NCBI GenBank assembly: GCA_001687465.1 | Contig: LVLI01000179.1 | Coordinates: 1-34,621 of the forward strand | Direction of reading: 5' to 3' | From: Halocafeteria seosinensis | Lineage: Eukaryota | DNA length: 34,621 bases | Shown here: positions 1-9,493 of the stretch, in pieces | How positions within the stretch are numbered: position 1 is the first letter of the stretch | How the letters are laid out: every line of letters starts with the position of its first letter | Made by a program: the position numbers and the translations under genes | The notes under the pieces: model-generated | What the model was told of the DNA's origin: nothing | Databases searched by the model: none | The model's input: the letters and a program-made list of their open reading frames with translations, nothing else

Positions 1-393
1 ATCTTATTCCGAGTCTCCAAGGTCTGCGTTGTTGTTTCACATGCCACTTCGGGACAATCCGAGTCCAAGGACGACCATTTCCCATCGCGTTCCCACCTCC
101 AGTTCGCAGTCGCAGCCATCTTGTCGCCCTTCGTATGATATGGAGTTCTAAGTCCTCTCTGTCCTCATGATACTGGAGGAAAACTTGGTACCGCACACAA
201 GCTGACGGCGGGAGGCAGCTCAACCTATACTTCCCCGGGACTGCTTTTCCCACACGAAGGACGCTGCGTCGAGATAGCTGGTCTGTACGTCATGTATAAA
301 AGCTGGTTAACCCGGCCCTGCTAGTGGAGCCTTCGCCATCTTCATCTGGTGTGCCCACAAGAAGTCCACTTCTGCATACCACATTCGATAGAA

Positions 394-462
394 TACCTGT
401 ACTGTAGACATTAATATGTACAGTCCATACCTGGTACTGTAGACATTAATATGTACAGTCCA
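394..462. repeat. Two-unit tandem duplication (34/35 bp)
   Basis: tacctg(g)tactgtagacattaatatgtacagtcca occurs twice head-to-tail. The homologous site at ~15020-15051 has one unit. Confidence 0.9.
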
Positions 463-529
463 AAAATAATAATGGAGCGTGGACAACGTGGGGAGCACGT
501 ATATAAATAACCTCCACTGTCTGGGAGGG

Positions 530-880
530 AAGACTTTCTCTTGGGAGGTATGAGCCCCGGAATGATCCCTGTATGCGAAACTAACGGGTGCCCTTGGCGG
601 TGCAGCAGTACTGGTACCCGAGGCCGTTGCGGTTGGCGAATTTCAGGCGAAGGCGTAGTATACGTGGTAGCCGAGTTGGTAGATAGCCAATCGAAAATCT
701 CTCTGTTTGATATAACACACGCCTTGTCGTACGTGAGGCAGCGCCCAAGTAGTAGCTGCTGCTCCAGCTTTCTGAAAGCATCAGGGCGTCATTGAAGCTT
801 GTTTACTCTTTGCAAACTCCTCCATGTTATATACAATAGTTTATCCAGATCCTGTGCTCCCAAATTCAACGCTTTGCCCA
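530..880 (-). pseudogene. Decayed TPR-like helical repeat remnant downstream of the kinase remnant
   Basis: Frameshifted minus-strand translation (KAMGKALNLGAQDLDKLLY...FNDALMLSE...YYLG). It is similar to 19630-19770 (KEQRRYNDAVRYF), and 522-755 recurs at 18453-18680. The TPR assignment rests on visual resemblance only. Confidence 0.45.
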
Positions 881-1114
881 TAGCTTTTCTGGAGGGGACC
901 ACAACGGTAATGGAAGGCTAAAATTGACCGACGCGACGTACTTCGTACCCGAGTTCTCTAGTGCAGTGGCAAGCTCATACAGGCCTGCAATCGAGTTTCG
1001 AGCACTAGCATGGTAGGGCGTTATTTGCTGGAACAATGCATCTGATATTCCAAGCATTTTCGTTTATGCAAATAGCTACTCTCACTCACCAATGCCACAC
1101 ACTATAAACGGTGA

Positions 1115-1850
1115 GTAGTTCGACGATCTTCCGGCCTGGTCGACCAACTCCTTTCTAACGGCTCCATGATTCCCTCTGGATTATCATCCAGTAGTAAATC
1201 CAATCCGGACTTACACCCTCCAGCTTCAGCTGCACAGTCTCAAAGACACCCTCGAAAGATTCTTAACATGATACGTATAGTGATTGCGAGAGACCAAATA
1301 TCGGATTGTTTGGGGCCTTATCCAAGGACAGCAGTTTCAGGAGCCATAAACACCCCATGTTCCATACGGTGAGCCTTCTTCGGCTTCGAGAGAACGTGAT
1401 GTCCTCACGGTGTGCGTCGTACGAGCCAACCTGAAATCGCTGACCGATATCACCGTACTAAGTAAAGTGTGTTGAGGCAGATCTGAGTAAATCAGGTCTG
1501 CCAAATACATATGCAAACGACGTTAGTTAACGCGCGTAGCTTTAAGAGAGTTGCAAGGTTTTCCCAATGCTTATTGTTTTCAAACTTGGTTGCACTAAAG
1601 CGCGAGTCGTCTCCGAAATCTCAGTGATTGTGAGCAGCAGCTCGTGGGAGCTCATTTCCGAGTTACTCTCTCACCAGTCCGACTGAATTGGGCTCGCTCA
1701 CCACCACATACAAGGGCACAACATTTAGATGCGTTGAAACCCGTTGGAGAAAAACACAACCTCTTTTGAATTGAGATGTCCCCATCCATCCTTCGCAACT
1801 TGGCCCGGTAGATAGAGCCGCATCCCCCTTGTCGAATCAACTAGCGACGA
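1115..1850 (-). pseudogene. Protein kinase (TKL-like) pseudogene, copy A
   Basis: Kinase subdomains appear in the correct order across frameshifts and stops: I LIRQGGCGSIYRAKL (~1796-1843), VIb LIYSDLPQHTLL (~1460-1495), VII VSDFRLAR (~1421-1444), VIII YGTW..FMAPE (~1336-1367), IX SDIWSLAIT (~1280-1305), XI LERSWSTRPEDR (~1122-1160). Confidence 0.82.
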
Positions 1851-1859
1851 GCAGTCTGA

Positions 1860-2650
1860 GGTGCCACTCCATTTTCCCAAATCAAATCACTCCACAAGTA
1901 CTTTGGGTAGAACTCATCTGTCCTTTGTGCGTAGACGCACTGCAGCACAGTAGGATCTGAGCGTTCTTGCCTTTCTTTGAATCCACTGGCTTATCGTCAT
2001 GGGGCGCAAGTAGCGCAGGGTGATGATGACGAAGAAGAAGAGTAGTACAGTACTGTATGGCTGGTGAAGTTTTTGTTGCTGCCTTCCGTAACGGAAGTTC
2101 CGTTGGAGACTTCAAATCCACAGCTCGCTCATCCTTCATGGCGCGCAAGTTGCGTAACAGACACCAAGATCTGTTTCAGCATACGATGGTTCGACGTCGA
2201 TGTGATCATTCCAAAGATCTGCATGATCGTATTCCTAGTCTGTTTCCTATGCCGTGAAACTTCGGACGAATCCGGGGAAAGTCCGAGGACGGATGACCTT
2301 TACCTCGAGTTCTCGGGCACATCCATCATCTTGCCTTTCTTTGTATGAGATGAAGCTCTTAAGTAACTTCTCTGTTTCCTCATGACAAAGGAGGAAATAT
2401 ACCATAATACACCGCAAGCTATGTTTCCCCCCCTCCCCCGGGAACGGGTGTTTCCCACACGACACGAGGGACACTGCCTGGTCTGTCGTGTATAAGAAAG
2501 CTAAGCTTGGTGTATATATTGTACTGTGTACTTGTAGTGGGTCATCTTCATCGTCCACGGCTAGTCTGGTCAGCCCATACAGTACCCCATAAACGACCCT
2601 CATTCGATAGAATACCCGTACTATAGGCATTGATATTATGTACGCACAGT
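1860..2650 (-). pseudogene. Diverged remnant homologous to ~14310-15050, the presumed N-terminal part of the kinase gene family
   Basis: Shares blocks with 14320-15050, e.g. ttcccaaatcaaatcac, tagaactcat.tgtcctttgtg, tttcccacacga and cattcgatagaatacc. Translations align: SYKERQDDGCARELEV vs SYEGRQDGCDCELEV. Confidence 0.55.
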
Positions 2651-3109
2651 CCATACATACATACATACGTTGTACAACACACACGTTGTACAACACAACA
2701 AGGTGGTGGCAGACTCTAACTCGTATAGTATTAAGGCTTTTTTGGCTGGGTTTTGCTGGAAGTTGAAGTTGTGGAGGCAGCCTTTTCGGGGTTTGGGTTA
2801 TACACACAGATTAGAACCAGACAACACTCGACAACAAGGAACCTTACTGTATCTCAGCAGAAAACACTCTGCAGGAGAGGATCGATCTTGAAGCGCTGAC
2901 GATGGTATGGGGGTACAGCCCTCAACATACATCGCCATCGCCACATACATACTTCGGCCAACTAAGATTTTGGTGGTATCATGTGGTTTAAAGCATTCCT
3001 CTTTTGGGACGCAAGAGAAGCCGATGGCAGCGATTCCTGGGGATGGAAGATTGAACGAGTTGTCCCGATAAGAATCTACAGTGCGGCAGGCTGAGGTACG
3101 GCGAACGTT

Positions 3110-3140
3110 CGGATTTTTGAGCTGGTACCACGCACCACCA
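3110..3140 (+). repeat. 31-bp direct repeat, left copy (right copy 3702-3732), bracketing the decarboxylase fragment
   Basis: cggatttttgagctggtaccacgcaccacca vs cggattttcgagcgggtaccacgcaccacca, 29/31 identical. The equivalent pair in copy B is at 21531-21561 and 22135-22167. Confidence 0.88.
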
Positions 3141-3188
3141 TCAGCGTCAGTGTGTCCTCGGTGCCTTCCGTTTAGACAGTATCCAACC

Positions 3189-3705
3189 ATGGCCGGCGGA
3201 AGCGCGAATCCCTCTGACAAGGAGGATCTGGAGACTCTTCGGAGAGTTCAGTCGTGGGAGCAATGGCGGTCTCAAGCCAAGCCAAGGATATGGTGGACTA
3301 CTACATTTTCTTGGAAAAGCAGCAGCAGAACTCTGATGAGACGAACTCGCTTCCGGTCAAAAAGTCAAGCGGAACCGGGATATCTTAAGGTACGTGTGCT
3401 CCCTTCACCCTATCAATCATCAAGCAACTGCGACACAGTCTATAAGAACGCCAAAAAAAAAGTTAAATTCACGTGATGATGCCTTCTTTGCAGAATCGTC
3501 TACGTAAAAGCGTACCTGAAGATGCTGAAGCGTTCCAGGACGTACTTCAGGATGTCCAGAAGCATATTATGCCGGGTATCACGCATTCGCAGCATCCTAG
3601 CTTCTTCGCATACTTCAGCGCCAATTCGTCTGGCCCAGGAATACTCGGATCTATGCTGAGTTCCATGTTCAATGTCATTGGCTTTTCTTGAGTGACTAGC
3701 CCGGA
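3189..3705 (+). pseudogene. 5' fragment of a group II PLP-dependent aromatic L-amino acid (tyrosine/DOPA) decarboxylase, copy A
   Basis: MVDYY...LPVK/SQAEPGYLK, then a GT-AG intron (3390-3493), then NRLRKSVPEDAEAFQDVLQDVQKHIMPGITHSQHPSFFAYFSANSSGPGILGSMLSSMFNVIGFS*VTSP. This matches the family N-terminus (PGxTHWQxPxFFAYF, GFxWxxSPA). Frameshifts, TGA at the conserved Trp (3689-3691), and truncation before the PLP lysine. Confidence 0.92.
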
Positions 3706-5044
3706 TTTTCGAGCGGGTACCACGCACCACCACCTATTCGCTCTGCCGCTTACCATACGAAGAAGCAACAGATGTACCGGAACCAACTTATTAAGTTTTT
3801 ATTGGTGATTCTGACGCTACCACTTTCATTCCTGTCAATGTCGATGACTCAATCTTGGCTGCCGAAAGAGGAAAAAATGATTTTGGTTTTACAGCTGATA
3901 GCTTCCCGCGAACCTCCCCATTTGACAATGTGCGTCTATATCAAGAGTTCGAACAGCGAAAAGAAGAAATCCGCATTCTGTCTGAGAGTGGCGAGAGTGG
4001 TATACGTGAGAGGATTAGAGTAGTGGGAGAACTTCGTAAGCGGCACAAATTGGACCAGCGAAGGATGGTACCACCGTAGGAAGCAGAAAAAAGTTATACT
4101 CGGGGAAGAGAATCTCTCACTGCCAAAAGTGCAAAATATCGTGTTCGGTGGCTTCATAATTAGGTGCGGGGCTCCTTGATTGGGAATTGACGGTGACCGG
4201 CAATGGAGAAATACCGACATCCTAATGAGAGAGGAATATGACCGCATCTGGGGCAATGTCAATGATCTACAGGGCCATTGCGAGTTGCCCCGAAGGGCTG
4301 CTGAGGTTACTTGGATTCGTTCCCGTGATACTCATTGTGGTACTGGAGGACAAAGTTGGGTACTTCGCAAACACGGCACCGCTCGAACTTGGTCTCACTG
4401 ATCGAACTTTGCCACGGTTCGGAGCAAGCATTAGGGAAGAGATGACGCCGACGCTTTCGTGCGTGGCAAATGCACTTAGTCAAAGGGAGGCTACGATAGT
4501 ACCGAATGGAAGCTTCTTATCGAAGATATTCAGCACCACGAGAGAAACATCTCCCAGCTTTCGTCATTTCCTGAAGAGCCAGACGAGCAATACATTCTCA
4601 TTGTCTGTGCTCAGCAAATTGGAGCGACAGTGTCGTGAATTGATGTGCACGATGACGAAGTTTGTAACGTCGTTGCACAGCAATGAAATGCGTCTACCGC
4701 AGATAAAATGGAAGCGGGCAAAGTGTGACGATGGTGTGTGGTTTGATCGAAGCAAAGAGAATTGTGGACTCGAGGGACCGTCTCTTGTCTCTGCGAGGTA
4801 GAGTCACCGAAGCCTCCACTCCACTACCATACTCTCCAGGGTAGATTAGGGCCTCAAACCTCAAGCTTGGATGAACTTGCGGAATTAATTTCCCCTTAAT
4901 TGTTCTACCAGATACACTCAGACAAGTGTAGTCATCATAACGGCAACGATATTCTTCTGTCACATCACACAATGGAAGAGTCAACAACAGACGGTATCGG
5001 AAGCAGAGATCCAGGGTCTTGCTGATGCGAACGCTGTTTATTGT

Positions 5045-8000
5045 ATAAGGCTATTTCGTTTCGACGAGCCGTTGGGCCCGCATTGGAAGAGTTTTTATTC
5101 TCCTTTGAGACGCGAAAGAAGCAGACAGGAGCGACTCTTGTATATGGTATGGGAAAGCCCCTACGCTCTCAACTCGAAACGAAGCTACGCAGCGGCATAC
5201 GCAGCGGCATGCTCGCGGCGGTACTACCGCCAATTGACCATGGAGCCCCCATTATTAGGAGGTGGCTACATGTGTACACCCGTGCAATGAACCCATTTCT
5301 GGGGCCGAGGATTTGGACGTTTTCAAATCGAAGGCTCTCCACTATTACGGCACTGCTCGTATGGAGTATTCCACTTTGCGTTGCTTCCGGGAGGGTAAGG
5401 CAAACAGATGAAATCAGGCTCGGAGAACAGAATCTGTATTGCGACATGTTTGCACAACGATGAAATTGCTACTTCCAATAATTCTGCAGTGTGGTTCGAT
5501 GAACTTCGATCCCTCCGAAATTACCCTGCAGTACAGTAGCTGGATGCTCAATTTGGAGGAGATGTACTCCAAGCTACTAGATTGGTATGGCGCCGCCATG
5601 AGCCATCACTACAGTCGCACAATTAGTTCCTTGTCTATCACGAGAAAGTGGTGATCGTTTACGACATTGAATTATGAACAGAGATATGCCACCACTTTCA
5701 TATCAATGGCTTGCAGCGGGCACATTTCCCTCTATCACTAGAATCAGCATGTGGTTTGCCCAAAGCACATCAAGACGAAGTCGACAAGTAGGACTACGAA
5801 ATAGATGGTCGGAAACGATGAATCTCCACGGTTGAACTATCGGCACGTGAGGAATGCGCTGGGCGGGAAACCATGCTCATGGGTGCTACTTGGTATTGTT
5901 CTGGTAAAGAACCCGCCAATGAATGAGTAACGCGAGAGTACTTCGAATTTTTACAATAACGAGTGGAGAGCACTTACTGATGATTTGCCCAACATTTCGA
6001 TACTAGCAAACGGAGAAAAAAGCGGAGTATCATGGCCGCTGGCCAAACTGTTCGAGTTATCTCAATCTCGGGGGCGCTAGTGCTAGGTTAACAAAAACGC
6101 TCTCACTGTCGCTGTACGCACTAACTCTGAAGGAGGTCAGAAGTTGAATCGCGGCATGCTTACGCAAGAACAAAGCTCGTCGTGTCGTGCGGAATGGTAA
6201 ATAACCGACCTCGTGGCGATCCAGTGAGATTAAATGGTAGCTGCCAACTTCATGTTTGGGGCACCAGTTTAAATCTCCCCAGACTTGCTTCGCAGCCCCA
6301 CTTACTATACTATGGTGTGGCAACGGCCTATGCTCTTATCTGACAATAACGGTCCAAAGAGTGTTAAGTTCTCGAGAAACTGCGCTGTAACACTGCTACA
6401 TAAATTTTCGGAAACCTATTATCTTCCGCCCTTCTTGGGAAGTGACAATCGACCTAGACCTACTAGAAGGAAACTAAAAAGAATCGAAGGGACACATAAA
6501 GAAAGAGGGTACTCCTCGAGAATGGGCGGACGTATATGAAGCTAAGCATGGGAAGATGAATCGAATCGCAACAGAGTCGACCCTCTCGCATCAGTTGCTG
6601 TGGGTTGTCAGTCAACTTGTGATTGATCCAGATAATCCCTCTGGTCCTGCTATGGAAGTTCGTTCTGGCATCCATGGGGCTTCCCTCACAGGACAAGGGA
6701 TCAAACGGAAGTTTAAGATCTCAAGCCTTGTTCTAGTCCCTGACGGTATTAGTGTACGAAAGGCACAGAAGTTGGAAAAGAGACAGGCGACTTTCACGTC
6801 ACAGATGGTTTCCACAGTGTAGTTCTTCATTACTTAAAGAGAGGATACGTCTGTTGCCTCTCAACGAGGGAGCGTTGAACAACGGTGACGAGAGAGGTGT
6901 GTCATTCTTTTGAGTGAGGGCGGGAGTACTCAAGTTGAGGATTCAAGATATTTTTTCACTGTGTCAGATGAGTAAGGCAGCGTACTTTTCTTCTTTTTCG
7001 AGAGTTGAAAGAACGAGACTGCAGCGGTTCCTTGATAGAGCATGGGAAGAGCCCCAACGTTGTCAACTCGAGACGACGTTGCGGAAGCGAAACTAGGCAT
7101 CTGCATGCTTGCATGCGCACTTGAGCGTTTTGAAACCGACGTTGCCGCCAGTCGACTGTGCATATCGTATTATAACAGGTCAATAGATGTACAGCTGCAC
7201 AATTAAGGCCTTACTGGTTCGGCAGTACTACTTTGGTTTCCGTCAATGATGCCGAGACTCTACTAATCCTTTGGAAGCTTGCTTGCCGGTTGAGGACAGA
7301 GTGATAAGGGGTCTACGACACTCTGATAGACTCTGTGTTTCCTATTCCATCCAAGCATTCAAGCGCGTTTCAAGTATGAAGAACCGTCAGTCGAAGGGAG
7401 AGACGAAGGCCGCTGCGCCGTCTGAAAAGAGCAACGTGGTGTGTATGGGAGGATCAGAATTGTCAAGGAAATTCATAGGTAGCACAAACTGCACCAAGGA
7501 GCGAGAGCGGTTTAAAAACAAGCCGAGAGAGACATGCCCGAGAGAAGAACGCCTTCACTACCCGAAAGTATGGTTCGATTGCTTAGCTAGGCTGTATGAT
7601 TTGGCTGTCCGCGCCGTACAGGCTCTGAGCTATTGCTAGATCCGCGATGCGTGACGCTATGATTCGTAACGGTGAAACGAACCTTGGAGTCCTCTATGTT
7701 CAGTAAATTACTACGAGACGAAATCCACACTGCGGCGTTTGCCAACAAGGAGCCACTCGCATCGCTCTCGTCAAAGTTCTAAACAATGGTTTGGGACGAA
7801 AGATATTGTTTCCCCGTGAGCGATATACGTATCCGAAGGCTTCCCACTATTGCGATACTGCCGAACGGAAGTGTGGTGTCCAGGAAAGACACCGCTAAGG
7901 CAAAGCGTTCCACTACTCGTTAGTATGGCAAAGGCTAGACGATCAGTTAGAATCATGCTCGGAGATCGGAAGTAGTATTGAGAATTGTTGCACAACGACG

Positions 8001-9170
8001 GAATTGTGTCTGCCACGTTACAGACCCTCGCTATACAGAGATAGAGTCGGAGCTGACAAACTCGGATGAGGAAGGGCGAAGTAATCCCGGGGACAAGCCA
8101 GAGCATTAATCCGCAACCTGATGTTTCGAAAATGCATCAGAAGCAATTGTACTAGCTACGAAAGGGTCACGTCTACCAACGCATGGAGTGATGCTACATG
8201 ATTGGCAGGTACTGGTACTTAAGGAAGTGTCTACGAAAGACTAAACGAAGATACGCAAGAATAAAGACCAGTCGCATGAAGGAGTTCTCTGATGATTCGG
8301 TAGATCAGCTATTGCAAAGATGATAACATAAAGCGAATTCACCCTCGCGCATCAGTTGCATACCATGCTTATTTGGAGTGAAGTATTTGAGTCCACGGAG
8401 AACTGAAACAATCCTCCGCCGTGCTCATCGGAGAGTGTACGCGCATGCCAAGAACCGGAAGAAGGCGCTAGCCAAACAGGACAACGAAAGAAAGAGATAT
8501 TATGCTCCCTTATCCAGGAGCACCGGAGGCAACAAAAGCTGCAATTGATGAGAAGAGGCACGCCTGAAAGCAGTGAGAGCCGTACTTGTGGGCGAAGAAC
8601 TTCTCTCCCCAGCAAACGCCTTATTATGAGTATTAAGTGGAGCTATTCCTCTTGACGGTCTGCGTGTCCCCTCTCCAAAGGTAAGAGCTCGAATTCACAA
8701 GCGAGTTGTTCGTGATGGCTGGAAACGAGTTTAAAGGGTAGAACTATTGGCACGTGAAAATTGCGCTGGATGGGAATTGATGGAATGATGCTTATGGGTG
8801 CTACTTGATAAGTATCATGGGCAAAGAAACCACTTTAATTGCATCACCCAACTATGCTATTTCTCAGGAGCAATGAATGTGTACTGCGGGAGGTCGTCGA
8901 TTTTTCCGATGATGGTTTGTGAGCACTTGCTGATGGCGTGCCCACCATTTCCATACTAGTAACTAGAGATGTAAGCAGCGCCGCTCGCCGAACCGTCAGG
9001 AGTCATAGTCCTTTCAGGAAGTGCTAGGCTTCTACAGGTGCGTCGCTATTGTTACTGCTACTAAGTCGCCGACGCCACATCATAGTCCACCCATTCCGGG
9101 AAAGTTATAAGCGAGCTAGACCTACTGGTGGTGCTACTCGAGGACGAGGCTACACTTGTACAATTGACGT
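5045..9170 (+). repeat. Degenerate modular repeat block of unknown origin, copy A
   Basis: Matches 23440-29800. Internal modules recur, e.g. gaaggct.cccactatt at ~5330 and ~7836, and gagcactt.ctgatg...tgccca.cattt..atactag at ~5968 and ~8921. No long ORF. Confidence 0.8.
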
Positions 9171-9493
9171 TTCTCTCATGGCTTTTTAATCCACAGAATT
9201 ATTTATTTCAGTCCGAAAATAAGCCGTGGATAAAGGGAGGGCTGAACGCTATAGTATGCAACTAGTGAGTCCAACGAAGCTGAGCTTCATCTGCTTCCCG
9301 GATAAGTTGGAAGGCTCAGTCTGGATGAACTTGTATCATATTGCATTAAATAAGAGTCAGAACTGCTGTCGGGTACATACTTAATTTAGGTAAGATTGTT
9401 AAGCTACTGCAACAAATATCACTCATTAACTGTATTTAGCTACACGTCCACATTTCTCTTGATTCATTCCTTGAAATGCTTTGCCAAACATCT

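Larger units (their letters stand above)
2850..5045 (+). mobile_element. Decayed Ty1/copia retrotransposon pol remnant (RT to RNase H), copy A, interrupted by a decarboxylase fragment
   Basis: Degenerate copia motifs in order: KAFLF(G) ~2989-3006 (AFLxG); FIPVNVDDSILAA ~3825-3863 (YVDD); TPTLSCVANALSQ ~4445-4483 (RPDI.AV..LSQ); ITQWKSQQQTVSEAEIQGLA ~4963-5023 (RNase H WKSKKQ...EAE). Many stops and frameshifts; no LTRs seen. Confidence 0.75.

Noticed and set aside
394..462. CRISPR-like 35-bp palindromic repeat
   Set aside because: Only two adjacent units, no spacer, no cas genes, eukaryotic context.
3689..3691. TGA at a conserved Trp in both decarboxylase copies, suggesting TGA=Trp recoding or readthrough
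   Set aside because: Both copies are frameshifted and truncated, Trp is TGG elsewhere (THWQ in copy B, GLUG-like genes), and one nonsense mutation before the duplication explains it.
8740..8950. Mutator/SWIM-like hints (IALDG..., CG...VCEHLL)
   Set aside because: The motifs fall in different frames, are not preserved in the related module at ~5840-6010, and no terminal inverted repeats were seen.
2850..9170. A complete LTR retrotransposon spanning the copia remnant and the modular block
   Set aside because: No paired LTRs, primer-binding site, gag or integrase motifs were recognised.
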